Shown here one piece after another: positions 34,859-47,662 of a DNA stretch of 64,000 nucleotides. Position numbers and translations under genes: made by a program. Origin of the DNA: Phyllosticta citribraziliensis. Its lineage: Eukaryota. Numbering within the stretch: position 1 is the first letter of the stretch; the number at the start of each line of letters is the position of its first letter. The notes beneath the pieces were generated by a model. The model was not told where the DNA came from. It searched no databases and saw only the letters and a program-made list of their open reading frames with translations. The stretch spans positions 124,001-188,000 of the forward strand of contig NW_027117350.1 in the NCBI RefSeq assembly GCF_038025025.1, written 5' to 3'.

Positions 34859-36599
34859 TCAGGCGTGTCCGTTTGCCGCCTTCTTGCGCAGCCTCGCCTC
34901 AACATTCTCCTGCCACCAAGAGGGCCAATCGACCACCTTTCTGTGCCTTCTAGCCTCCTCGGCTGCGAATACCATGGCGTGGCTCTGCAAGACTTCCTCC
35001 AAAGTGCACCCGATGAAGCTCCTCTGTGCCGCTTCAACCCCCAAGCGCCCATCTTTGACGGCAGCGACCGCCTGAACAAACTGCGTCGCTAGCCCATCGT
35101 CACCCCCGCCGTGCCCGCCCCCTCTTAGCTCTGGATGATGCGTCTCCGTCTTGCCCGTTGCGAAATTGTGCACCTTGATCGTCGTGCTGTCGTACTCAAT
35201 CTCGCCTTCGGTGCCGTAGATGCGGCCGCGGCGTTCGCAAATCTTCTCCGTAAAAGCCACCATGTGGAACTGTGCCGTTTTGGCAAATTGATTGGCTGCG
35301 GGGTCGTCCTCCCAGCTGATTGTTACGCATTGATCGTCGCAGACGTCGTTGTCAGATTCCCATGCGCATCGCCCGAACCATGGACGTTTACGTATCTCAT
35401 CATCTGGCGTATCGGGAGTATAGTCCTCGGCCAAGTCCTTGAGGAGTTGCTTTTCAGCTGCTTCGATCCCCTCGTTGATTAGAACGTCCTCGTTCTCAGG
35501 GTTGACAATCTTGACGGGCCACTTCGCGTTACCACTCTTCAAATGTCGCTCGACATAAATCTTGGTGGCACTGAATGTACAATCTTTTTCCAAAGGACAT
35601 GATTGGCAGTTGGTCGCGCTTCCCGCAGCCTGTGGTTTCCTGGCTTTCCGGAAGTAGTTGAGTTTCCCAGTTGAAGTCACAAATGCCGGCTTGTGGATTT
35701 TTTCATCCTCTTTGGCTGGCTCACTCATCATCCACAGAATAAAGTCAATATCATGACACGACTTGGTGAGTAGCGAAGGAGCAGTGCTCGACTCGCGTCT
35801 CCAATTTCCCCTGTTAAACTGTCAACAGCATCATTACCGAGCGAGCAGAAGCAAAAGCTTACCTGACGTAACTGTGGGAGAAATGCCACCATCCGACAGG
35901 CTCCGTATGCTCGACACTCAGGATGTCGCCCACGACCCTGTCCTCTCTCACCAATTTTCGCAAGAGCATGTTGTGCGGCGAATACCTCAAGACGTGGCCA
36001 ATACTAAACACTCTCTCCTGCCATCTTGTCTCTTGGTCAGAGCCGAGCATCGCCTCGTAAATCTTGACGCAGTCCTCCAAAGTCGTCGCCAACGGCTTCT
36101 CGCACATGACGTGCAAGCCCAGCGGTGCCAGACCCTCCACCACCTCCCGGTGCATCTCGTCCAGGACGCACACGAAAGCCGCATCGACGCCTTCCGCCCA
36201 ACCCTGTTCTCCCGCATCGACTCGCGATCTTCGCTGCTCCTCCCACGCCACAAAGTCTTGCCAGTCGCTGAATTGTTGCCTGCTCCGGTGTTGCGCTTCG
36301 TCTCCTTGCTCATGGCCCTCGCGTTGTGGCGGCTCAATCAAATCGCGCGCAAACTTCCTTCTCTTGTAATCGATGGGCTCGGCAACAGCGGCAATGACGC
36401 AGGCCGTGTGTCTTGCGATGGCTTTGGCATAGGCGCGGCCGCGCGAGCCAGCGCCGATGATGAGAATGCGAGGCGGCGAGGGCGACGATGAGAGGAGCTT
36501 TTTGGGGCGCAGCGGTAGAGACGAGCAGGCCGAGCTTGGAGGATGAACAGGCGACGCGTCCGAGGCTACGGCGCTCGCAGTGTCAGCTGTATGCGGCAT
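34859..36599 (-). CDS. Gfo/Idh/MocA-family NAD(P)-dependent oxidoreductase
   Basis: IIGAGSRG, MCEKPLAT, IGHVLRYSP, WHFSHSYVR|GNWR, LLTKSCHDID, GRCAWESDNDVCD, GGHGGGD; one intron near 35811-35862. Confidence 0.92.
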
Positions 36600-37044
36600 T
36601 CTGGTGGAGGCAACGAGGTTGTTGGAATAGTTGGACGGAATACGATGATTAGTATCGAAGTGGAGACTGTCACAGCTGCTTGAGAGAGTATCGGAGATTG
36701 AAAGAAAAGTGGGAGAGAGCTGTCCGTTTATACGAGCGAAAGCGGTACAAAAAGAAGGTTGGAGCAAAGGGTGAGCTTGATGTGATGTGGATAATCGGTG
36801 AGAGGTGATTGGAGAGCGGACGTGGGGTAGCGAGAGGGCGATCAGGCCGTGATGCGCAGTCCGTGCGCAACCATAGGAACAGGAAGATTATCTTTGACCT
36901 TTTAAATTCATCACCTCACGAAGTTCAAATTCTTTTAATGACCTTCTCTGGCCTGCACTCAACTTCCTAGATGCACCTTTCTTCCCAAATAGCATCCTAA
37001 CTCTAACCCAATCGTTCTGCAGTCCTGCAGCCGAAGCTGCGCCT

Positions 37045-37982
37045 TCAGTCTTGGTTTGAGCCATCTTCTGTCTCTTCTTTCTCCTCCCGCTTCGTCATAA
37101 GCTCCTCAAAGCCATCGATGTATTCGTCGTCCTCGTCCACGTACAGTGACTTGTCTCCTGCGGCTCCTTCCAATGGCGTGGCCCATGGAAGCACGTCGCC
37201 AGATTTCTTTGAAGCTTTTGCCGGCGACGACTTGACAATCTTCTTCCGAGGGCGCGGGGGCTCGTCGTCGATCTCGTCAGGTATATATATAGACCTTTTC
37301 TTTTTCCTCTTGTCTTTTTCCTCGAGCTTCTTGGTCGCCTCCGAGTTGATCAGGTTCAACCAATCTGATTTGCCAGTCTTTGCCGTGCCTGTCATACGGC
37401 TCTGGGGATCTTTTCCAACGGGCTTCATGCTGCCAGAAGCGCGAGGCTTGGGACCTTGGGCAGCCTTGGTAGCGGAGATGATCTCTAGCTCAGAGTCACT
37501 AGAGTCACTCACCACCACAGCAGCGCCTAGGGAGCTGTCATCTGCATGGTCGACGGGCTCGTCCTTGTGGAAGTCCTTGTGAAGTTGGTGTGCGAGGATC
37601 TCGCTGGCCCACCATCCGTAGTCTGGCTCGGTTTCGTCTACCACGCGCTCGATGATGGTCCAGAATGCTTCAAAACGCTTCGGCTCGTCGGCTTTGGTGA
37701 ACTTGCCCAACTCGCCATTGTCGAATGCTGAAAGTTCTGTTTCCATCTTCCAGTGACTGAAGTTGAAGTGAGATGTTTGCTCGACTCGTGACAGTAGCAG
37801 GAGTGAACTTACAACTCGTAGACCACGGGAATGAAGACGCAGGCATGGAAAGGCGTCGGCTGCTCTCGCTTCAGCTCTGGTGGCACCTCCATGGGCAGTC
37901 TGCATTTGACTGCTGGCCACATCTTGCCACCCTTGCAGATCATGACGTACGCTTGCGCGCTCGCATCTCGCTCTTCAGTCAT
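37045..37982 (-). CDS. Hypothetical protein with possible PWWP-like N-terminal domain and charged tail
   Basis: ATG at 37982; intron 37757-37812 (gtaagt...cag) joins YEF/HWKMETEL in frame; K/E/D-rich C-terminus with a KRKKKR NLS-like stretch. Confidence 0.7.
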
Positions 37983-38950
37983 TGTCGGTGGCCGGTCGAA
38001 TTGCTGGAAGGTCGAAGGTGTGGGGTAGAAACTCTGTGAAGTGGTGGAGTTTGACGAGTAGAGGGTGGGCACCGCCGAGAAGGTGGAGTGCGGAAGGAGG
38101 ATGAGCGCCGGAGGGGGAGCGCCAGAGGAGGGTTTGTGCAGATTCACCACAGACAAGGATGACCAAAGGCCATCGTCTTGTTCAAGATTGCACAAGGCAG
38201 GAGGGAATTGACGACTAAGCGCAGGGAGAAAGTTCAGATGTCATCTCGCTCGCAAAATGATAGTTTAGGTCAACGGAATACCAATGAAAGAGGAGGCTAC
38301 CGTGAATGACTCCAGATCTGCGAGAAGGAATGCAATGTGCTGATAAGAACTAGGCTTGAACAGAGAGAAGAACAGGAGAGCAAGGTCTTATCACAATTGA
38401 TGTGGCGAACGTTGGAGCAATGAAAAGCACTACTTTACTCAATAGAGAACAGCACCGAATTGAGAAGTGATATGATCAGCTTGACTGAGAGCTGTTGCTG
38501 CTCTGTTCGTCAGGCTCTTGCATGAAAGCCTGGGATTGCGTGCATGGCCGCGCTCTGCTGTAGAATTCCGTGGGCAGCGAAAGCTGTGGCTGTACAGAGG
38601 AAAACCACTGAGGATTAGAGGAGAGCAGATGGTGATAACTCATCCCCTTGACCGGACAATAAAGTGAGCAGTCAACATCATGCTTGTAGGATCAGGGTGC
38701 CTGTATGCCACGAGATCATTGTAAGTTTTCCAATATCTTATTGATCTTTCCGTCTCATCTTTCTTGGAGCTGGCGCTTCTTCTCTTTTTGTATTACACAG
38801 AGACTTTCGAATCATTCAGCAAGAAGTGCCGTTTGACATTTGGGATCCCTCGGTATCGTACCTGAAAACGGGCGGATTCTCCGCTTTTGGAAACGTGATT
38901 TATTTCCTGCGAGTTTGGCGTTTGGGGGAATATCGTATAAGGTGAAAGAA

Positions 38951-40556
38951 TCACCAAAGTCCTCGAATCTGCTTCTGTTAGCTCTTTCGGGAGGAGCCCA
39001 CTACCAGGGCCACACAAACCTGCGATAGCCGCTGGGTAGGTGCCAACGGATCACCATCACTTCTAGCCTGTGTCTCCGTTCCCGTGTCCTGCCTTGGTAT
39101 CGACACTGACGCTGACGCAGTTGATGCGCTGTCTCGAAATCTTCGAGGGGCTGAATTATCAGCACTGGCGTCCCACCCAAGCGTCTCCTCTTCGTCATAA
39201 TCGGTTGGGTCCCATCGTGCATCCTCGTCTTCATCTTGCGGTATGAAGAGCGACCCGGTCTCCTCCGGCTGTGGCCGCCGTTGGGCTGGCTGTTGCTGCT
39301 CGTCTGGATGAGTCGATGGCCGCGCAGCGGAGCCTGGGGCACGGCGCTGGCGGGTTGCAGTGCGAGAGGGTACATGAGGTGGAGGAGGCATTTCAGACGC
39401 GCCTCTGGCACCGGCGACAGAAGCCGTCGCACTTGTTGCGCGCGTCTGGGCGCGACTGGCTGAAGGTGCAGGGGTGTCTGTGCTTAGGGAAGGGTCCCCT
39501 ATAGTCATGAGGGTGAATTCGCAAGTAATGCCTTGAATGCCGTAGCTTAATTGCAGTGGGTGCGTAGCTTGCGAATAGAAGGCGTGGATAGAGCTGCGTA
39601 ATTGCGCCGCGTGTAGAACAATTGACTTGAAGTCCCTGACGCTGATGACTATGTGCTCTTTTTCGGCAGCGGAGAAGACCTCAAAGTCATCGGTACTGAG
39701 AGAAACGGAGGTTTGGAGAGGCGCCTTTAGGATTTCTGGACAGCAGGGACAATTAGAAGCGGTGTGGACTTTGATGATGTAGGCATATTATACCTCTGCC
39801 ATTGGTGACTTTCTCCGTGAAGCTGGTATACGTAACACGTCCATTTTCTGCGTAGATATCAAGCTGTTCGGTTTTTGGGCCAAAGAATTCAATGGCTTCT
39901 TTCAGTGCCCCCGAGTGGATGGACCAGTGGTTTTTGGCCGATTGCCTGTCAAACAAGGCATGCACCACCTCAACTGGCTCATAAGTGAGCTTGTATGTCT
40001 TTGTCACGCCTTGAGGGATTAGTCTAAAGCTGTGTCAAGGGGGCGGATGCGGTCACCTTGGTTGGACAGCATCTTGATGATCAACCGACACTCTGCCTCG
40101 TCAGGACGATCTTGCAGGCTGACTTGACATCGGTCGACGGTCGTATCCTTGCCTTTGGGATCCAGCATGCGACCTTTGAAGACGGAGAGCAACGCCTGGG
40201 CTTGTTATGGACAGAAAATACAGGGAATCTGCCGAGTCGATCGTACCTTGTTGTAGATGCTGAACGTGAAGCGGCCGTCGATGCTGGATTGACTAGGGGA
40301 GAAATCGTAGCGTGAAAAGAACCGAGAATCGAGCGCAAAGGAAGCAAAGGCAGTCTTGGACGAATTGAGAGCAGTAAGGGAAAGCTGACGACAAGGAAAT
40401 TATTCGAGATTCATTGAAATTTTGGCAGCAACAAGGACGTACTCTTTCACGTCTTGCCTCGAGAGATACGGACTCGCTGAATTTGCTGAGGCATGTGAGG
40501 GCGTCGTGCAGCATGGCCAAGGCCTCAGGTTGTAAAGAAAACGCCAGAGAGACCAT
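38951..40556 (-). CDS. rad9: Rad9 subunit of the 9-1-1 checkpoint clamp (S. pombe/human Rad9, Ddc1 family)
   Basis: LHDALTCLSKFSESVSLEA, TALNSSKTAFASF, GVTKTYKLTYE, EFFGPKTEQLD, FTEKV, LQTSV, ISVRDFKSIV, C-terminal PTQRLSQ|IRGLW; multi-exon. Confidence 0.9.
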
Positions 40557-40623
40557 TTTGGAGAGCAAAGGGATGGTGTCGTGGTTGGTGGGTTGGAAGG
40601 ACGCCCCGCGTGGGAACCGGAAG

Positions 40624-40629
40624 ACGCGT
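40624..40629. promoter_or_regulatory. MCB element (ACGCGT) in the rad9 bidirectional promoter
   Basis: Exact ACGCGT about 70 bp upstream of the rad9 ATG. Confidence 0.5.
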
Positions 40630-40754
40630 CGAACGCACGGACCTCCGCGCCCCAGTGCATCGGATCGGTACGTCATCCATGTCATGGCCGTTCGTTCCGC
40701 CCACCGGCCTCTACTCGTCCCAAAACAACATCCATCTCGCCCTCTCCAACCATC

Positions 40755-42805
40755 ATGGCTGTGCCGGATCATAGCCGCGCTGCCCGTGTGCCTCAAAGGG
40801 TTCCTGACATGGTAGATGACGTCCTTCACATAATCTGCGAGGCTCTGGCCAAGGAGCACGATTTCGCGACCTTGTTCAACTGCGTGCTTGCCGGCAAGCG
40901 GCTCGCCTCGCCTGCAATCAAGCAACTCTACCGGTAAGTTAATTCACACCCCGGCATTGGGGGCACAACTGATCCAATCCTTTCCAGCACGCACAGCGTG
41001 TGCACTTCCTTTGGTGGCGGCGATACCGAAAATCTTGAACTGGCCCAGCAGCGCCTGGTGGTTCAGCGATGGGCAATCTTGTGGCGTTCCATCATCGCGT
41101 CTACCATGAAGGAGACTATGTACCCCTATGCGAAACACGTCCGATCCCTGGACCTCCGCAATCTCTCCTACCTCCTCGAGGACCCCAAGTTTGCCGGAAC
41201 CAACGTTGCCAAGTTTGTCACGTTTGCTTCCGTCACTTTTGGTATTAGTCTGACTGGTGTACTCAGGTACTTCTTCGGTGGATCCATGTCCAAGTTCCGC
41301 ATCACAAAGCCCCGGCCCAATCCTCGTATCGATACGGCTGCCGTCCTGGAAGCAGTCGGAGACGCCATCACCGAGCACGCCCCATCGTTGGAGATTGTCT
41401 CTGGAGATGGTATGCACATGCTCGTGTCAAAAACGCGACAACCCGCTAACAAGTATCAAGTCAACAGCCGCGAGCTCATCAAATGGGCCCCAAAGCTGTC
41501 GAATCTCCGTGCCCTGGAGCTTTGGTCTGGTGCTGCCTTGGATGATCCGCAAGCCCGTGAGGCCATCATTGCCTCTTGTCCCAAGTTCACTGCACTGAGC
41601 TTCTACAAATGGTTAGGACCCTTAGCCTGTAGGCTTTCGGCCACTAATCCCTCGCAGGTTTGACAAGGATGTCGACGAGAAGATGAGTCACTTCGTTAGC
41701 GGCCTCACGTCTCCCAGTCTCCGCAGCTTCGAAGTCATTGGCAGCTCCGACATTAGTGCCAGTACCTACCTTGCTCTGAACTCCCACGGCCTATCCCTTA
41801 GCAACCTTAGTATGAACCTGAAGCCGACTGACTTGCCGCACTTGCCTTTGCTGAAAGGCTGTACTGCCCTTGAGCACTTGAGACTTGAGCTGACCCCGGC
41901 TCGCGGAGGCCCTCCGCAGTCGGAGATGGAGAACTTCAACGAGTTCCGCCATGAGATGAGCGACTGGCTCGGAAACTGTAAGCGGCTCAAAACGCTTACC
42001 ATCAATGGAGTAGATGCGGCCGCCGATATCATGACGCCCGTCCTCGTCAACGAAAGCCTCAAGCTCCACACTCTTGACCTCGACTCGTACAACGGCGGCA
42101 CACAAGAACAGTTTCACAAGGCACTTGCATGCCAGAAGCATCTGGAGAAGCTGCGCCTCGATGGCGAACCAGACAACATGACGCGTGACGATCTTAACGC
42201 CTTTGCTAAATCCATCGCTCAGCTCCACAACCTCAAGAGCCTCAGGCTCTCCGGCGTGTGCGACTCTTTCCAGGACGAGCATCTCATCACCCTTGCCGAA
42301 AATCTCCCCTGTCTTGAAGAATTCTACTTCACGGGAGTGGGTGTGAGCGACGCCATCCTACCGTCCCTCGCCAAGATTAGCAACCTGCGTGTTCTCAACA
42401 TATTGGCCATCAGCAAGTTCAGCTGCGAAGGACTTATTGATTTTGCGGAACAGTTGGGCCCGTCGAACCGCGGCATCGTCATTGCAATCAACTCGGCCGA
42501 CCCCTACTACAACATTGACGAATGCTCCCTGGGCCGCATCAACGACGTGCTGCGCAAGCGGGTCGACGGCAAACTTGAGTTTATGCTCTTCAGAGGTGAG
42601 TTGCGGTATCTCTACCATGCACATCATAACCATCTCTTGGTCGGCCACGTAGTTCCATTGGCCGACAACCACCGCGGCCTCGTCTACATCTACCCTTTGG
42701 CTATCATCCAACTTTGAGAGACCCAAAAAGACACTGGCTGATCGTCATGAGCCTTGTGCCTCAGACCCCGACGTAACCGACTTCGAAGGCTCCGATTCCG
42801 ACTAG
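40755..42805 (+). CDS. F-box-like / RNI-like leucine-rich-repeat protein
   Basis: N-terminal PDMVDDVLHIICEAL...LFNCVL...AIKQLYR (F-box-like), YPYAKHVRSLDL, repeated LxxLxL units; last exon DPDVTDFEGSDSD. Confidence 0.8.
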
Positions 42806-43213
42806 TTCGGCTGTTTTGAGCGAGAATCGCGAGCCTACCCTCGAACTTCGACTTCTTTCTCCCCTTTTGAATTACTAATATGAGGAGCCATGGACTTGGG
42901 ACGGCTGGTTTTAGGCTATCAATGGGGGCCGGCGTACTTGGGGACAGGCCATATTCGACTGGCGGTCATGATGGGATTGAGCATTGCCCATCTGGGGAGC
43001 ATTCATCAGATCGTCCAACACTCTTCTCCTTGCGTCAGGCGGCGGTGGGTGGGCGGGCAGGCAGGCAGTCAGGCAGTCAGGCAGGGTTTTGTTTTCGTGA
43101 TACCACTGGATACGGAATGAAAAAATGGCGATATGGGCTCCTCTTCTCTCTCCCATCAAGCCGCGCCTCCACACTCTCATACCTGTACTCACTACTCCCG
43201 CGGGCAAACTCTC

Positions 43214-45540
43214 CTACGCTCCCGGCCCAAGCGTCCAGTCCCAATCCAAGCCCCGCAGCAGCTCCGTCGACAGATCCGCGCCACCGCTGCCTAGCAACGT
43301 GTCCATATTCTCAAATGCATTGTCAAAGTTGAGCCAGTCGGGAGACTCGTTGCTGAACTCGCCGCTGAGCGATCCCGTCGATGGCGTGTGCTCCGTCCCC
43401 GCCGGCATGGCGGCGGCCGTAGCAGATGCGGTCGTGGAGGTGAGGGGCGCGCCGGTGTTGGGCCCGCCGCCGCGCTCGCTGCTGATGGCGGGTTGGGGCG
43501 TGGCGGCGAGCATCGAGGGGACGGAGACGGGGGTAAGTGTTGGGACGGACGGCGAGGTGCCCGCGCTCTGCGAGGGGTTGGCGTTGGGGTTTGCGGCGCC
43601 GCTGTGATGAGATGATCCAGTGACGGCCGTGGGCGCAGATGGATCTGGCAGCGTTGTCGACGCCCAGTTGGCACCCACGTCGCTAGAAGGAGGACGCGAT
43701 GCGGTGCCAGCCTTCCACGCGTTTCTCGAGGAGGCTGTTTTGGACTCCTGCTGCCGCCGGTTGGTAGACCGATCCGCCTTTTTCAGCGCTGCGGCGCCTA
43801 GGTCGGCCATGCAGCCGGCGCTCCACCACGTGGCGCGTAGTTTCTCGAGCAGCTTACAGCAATTCTTGAAGTCTTCTTTGGCCCGATTCTTGTGGCCTTG
43901 GAGCTTACTGCGGCGGAATTGGCGGTAGGCGACGGTCATGGCGAGGGCTAGCGAGTAGGGGACTATGGGGAGGGGAGGAAGGTCGCTGGGGAACTCGTTG
44001 CTGAGTATTGATATCACGCGCACGGCTGAGAGACTCTGGCGCACCGAGGAGGGCGTGGATCGCACCGGGTCGGTGATGGATCTGGATTTGTGCGAGGCCA
44101 TGGCGACGGCGTGGTAGAAGAGCTCAAGGGCAGCTGGTACATGTGTGAGCATCGTCCGTTTTGGAAGCTGACCATGGCTAGGGGGGACTGTACCTACAAT
44201 GGGACCCTTGAGCTGGTCACCAATTTCCCCTATTATGTCTTCGAAACCCGGAAACGCGTCTTCCAGGCCAGTGACTGATGGGTCGCAGCCCGGTCTGTAC
44301 AACTCGATGACCCGGTCGAGAATGGCAGCCAAGACCAACCAAATCGCAAAAGGCGTTCGCCTTCGCTCCGGCTTTGCGGTCCAGTTTTCCAACTGGTTGT
44401 CCCGCTCGTGCATGTACTGCGGTCTTCCGTGGATTGTCGCGTTGATCTTGTCCAGAGACCAAAGGCACCAGAAAAGCTTCTCCATGGCCTCGCTCTTCTC
44501 GTTGTTCTGCTGACGCCCGAACTGCAGACCGATTGTGTGCGCGTGGTGTATGGCTTGGACCAGGTGCATGGACGCTGCGTCGGCACCGTCGACGCCTTCG
44601 CTGTAGAGAGATATTAGTGTCAACACTTGGATGACCGTAATGCGGTCTTTTTCTAGATTAGCATGTAGGCCAGCCACGATGGCCGCGTAGAGCCTTTTTG
44701 CAAACTCTCGTGGTGCGAGGAGGTTTGGATTGTTTGACAGGTAAAGATGATGTGCGATGCCCTCATGTCTGCTCGCGACGAGACACATGGCTTGAAGGAG
44801 CATTCTTGACCCATCGCCGCTGTGCTTGCGATCATAAAAGGTCTTTTGGTCAACTACTGGAAGCAGTGGATTCACATATTCGAAATACACAGCCAGCAAT
44901 ACATCAACAACTTGGGCGTCTGGGACAGTGGAGACTCCAACGGCATCCAGATAAGCCTGCAGGGTGCTTTTGATGAGTGATTCCTCGGCATCCTGACCTG
45001 TGACGTTGGGAGGCGTGCCGTTTCGATCTCGCTCGGTGGTGGATCCTTCAGCTTCATCTGTAGCCGTCACCCAACCACCTACTTTTTCGCCCGAGATGGG
45101 CTCCCGGATGTGCCCACTCATAACAGCCTCCGGGCTAAGATAGCCGATGAATCTTGAAGGCGGAACGCGACGGCCATCGTCGTGGCCGACGTGATGGCCT
45201 GGAAGGAGCTCACGTGACGGTCCGGCAGCACTTGAGCCTTCAGCTGGTGGTGCATCTTCGGTAGACGTGCTTGTTGGGTTGATGGATGCATGATCGTCGT
45301 CGTCATCAAAGGTGTGGATGCAACGTTTCTGGGAGAGAGTTAGCACGCAGGTCGAGCCGAGGTTCATTCAGCAGACTCACTCTGCGTTTCTTGCAGCTGT
45401 CGCAGGCCTTGTGGACACGCTTGCGTTTTCTGAAAAACTCATTATTTGCGGCAAACTGGTTGCGAGCAAGCCCTAGATCAGTTTTGGGTAATTCGAACTT
45501 GGTAAAGGATTCGCGCACATACAGTGATCATGCTCGACAT
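43214..45540 (-). CDS. Fungal-specific transcription factor (Fungal_trans domain) with truncated Zn cluster
   Basis: Spliced MSSMIT|FAANNEFFRKRKRVHKACDSCKKRR|KRCIH; RFIGYLSPEA; YFEYVNPLLPVVD; AIHHAHTIGLQ; LFWCLWSLDK...GRP. Confidence 0.87.
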
Positions 45541-45881
45541 GTTGAGACGGATCAAATCAGGCTTGGTGCTCAATCATGACATGACAGCGCCCAACTTTCC
45601 GAATCCTGCGGCATTTCAAATCTGACGTGCTGAAGCACTGTAACTGGCGCAATGAGCAATGGAGGCTTCAAGGAGCGACGTCAAAGAGCACGTGTTGGGT
45701 TGGACTGCGCTTAACCCAAAGAAGCCAAAGTGATTGCTAAGCGAGCTTCGGCAATTACATGTGGTGGCCGTCAGCCGCGTTAGAGCCGTCAATCAAAGAT
45801 ACTGCCATCTGCGGTGAACATGTGCACTGAAGAAATAAAGAGCGTCTGCATATTTCGATGAAAGATTTAACGTAGTGTAGG

Positions 45882-46172
45882 TCAAATAGCGAACGCTTTG
45901 TTTTGCGTCTTTGGCGCCGCTTGATGGGTATCTCACAAAAACCGCATGTACTTTGTCATCCACACTGGGTATCAAACGCCAGCTCCTGGCTAAGCCCACG
46001 GTGATGACTGCTCCCTGGGGGCGTCTGCGACAGGTCATGACTACTCTCTGGGGTTGGTGATGACTGCTCCCTGGGGGCGTCTGCGACAGGTCATGACTAC
46101 TCTCTGGGGTTGTCTGCGACAGGACATGAATGCTCCAAGTCCCTAGGTGCGCACTTGTAGTAATGCGGTGGA
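45882..46172 (+). repeat. Dispersed repeat copy A, containing an expanded 33-bp array and a perfect 56-bp internal duplication
   Basis: Aligns by eye with 50319-50504 (TCAAATAG...CTTTGGCGCCGCT...ATCTCAC...TAAGCCCACGGTGATGACTGCT...GCACTTGTAGT...GCGGTGGA). Cores at 46005, 46038, 46061, 46094 and 46127; 46000-46055 equals 46056-46111. Confidence 0.9.
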
Positions 46173-46363
46173 CGACTATTGCATGGTGCCAGGAACTACC
46201 ATTTCTTTCGACAATCACTGTGGCTCCAGAAGCTGCCCGGCGTCTTTGGATCTTCGCTTCCGGACGTCAGGTCGCAGCATTCTCTCAATGACGTAACGCA
46301 GCACGAGCCCTGGGTAAGGCATGGTTGCTTTTCTCGGGTGTGGAATGAAATCCAAAACTCCGG

Positions 46364-47161
46364 TCAACCCCTGCCGCGACCCCTCAGACCTCTACCAATG
46401 CCGCTTCCAGCTCTTGATGCCGCTGTCTGTCTTGCTGTGCCGCGGACGCCGCCCTGTCCACCAACCCCAACATAATTCGTCGTGGGCCGTCCAGAGGTCG
46501 AAGTACTGCTTGCGCCAGCTCTACCTCTAAGTCCGCCTCTCCTGCCCCTTGTTCCGGTTGCACTGGTAGGTCTGGCCGCTGCCTCTGCTCTCCGCCTTTC
46601 GTCTTCTTCGGCCTTGCGTAGCGCGGCCTCACGACGAGCCGCGTCTTCGCGCTCGCGGCGCTCTGCGGCGTGTCGTGCAGCCATTTCGTCGGCTTCAAGA
46701 TCGGCTACATCTTGCGAAGCACCTTGCCAATTGGGGCTCAGAATGAGACGTTGATTGTGCTCGGTTGCAGAGAGTATGCGGGTCCAGGTGTGGAGGAGGG
46801 TGGAGGCGGAGTTTACGGTGCGATTGACGGTCTGTTGGGGAGGTCAGCAATTTGGACCCCTGGTAGCTATAGCCGTGCAATGGATTGTCCCTACGTTCAT
46901 GTTGTTGCGCGCCTTTTCCAGGCTCTCGACGACACCCTCGATGACCTTGTTGACTGAGCGGACCTGGTCCAGTTCTCGTTTCAATGCGGCCTCTCGAGCT
47001 TCTTGGGTAGTGTAACGCGATTCCGAGCGCTGGTGCCTTGGTTGGTCTGGCGACGCCGAGGGTGACGCATGTGGGTCTGCAAGCGCGGCTTTTGGCTTTC
47101 GCGCAGCGGGGGCGGGAGTGTCAAAGTCGATTTCCGAGTCGGAGAGGGAGGTGTCGGCCAT
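46364..47161 (-). CDS. duo1: DASH (Dam1) complex subunit Duo1
   Basis: REAALKRELDQVRSVNKVIEGVVESLEKA...TVNSASTLLHTWTRILSATEHNQRLILSPNWQGA; R/G-rich tail; one intron. Confidence 0.9.
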
Positions 47162-47662
47162 GGTGGGGCAATGTTGGCACAGAGGGCGAAGAGTTGGCGA
47201 GAGTAGAGAGGGCGATTGTTGGGTGGTGCAGCTCGTGGAGGGGAGAGGTTGAAAGCACGGTCGCGTAAATAACACGCCGGGGCGCGGTCTTAGGTTGGGT
47301 CTTGGAGGCGCTCGGGCCAGGTCAGCCTCCCACATTCCCGTCCGGACGCCCAGCCTGCCTGGGCTGCGACACCACGCCCGGCATCCATCTCCGCATCTAC
47401 CTACCTAGGTATCCATCCATCCTTGCATTCATCTCACCTTCCGCCGACACCTCACCTCACCTCACTTCGACTCCTCCTGCCTTTACGGCGTCAAGCTCAG
47501 GCAGTCCCGCTCGTCGCTTCCACACCTCCGTAGCCCGCACCGCACCGCACCCCGTTAGCTAGCAGACCCGACCGCGTTTGTTTAGATCCCGGCCGCAAAC
47601 CGCTGGTCCGTCAGTTGGCGCAGCCATTCTTCCACTGCCATCACGCCGACTCGCTCCCCAGA

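Noticed and set aside
42990..43005. Single reverse-strand TGAATGCTCCCCAGA as a further array copy
   Set aside because: No neighbour at 33-bp spacing. Similar single hits occur inside coding sequence (about 3420 and 42520), so it may be chance.
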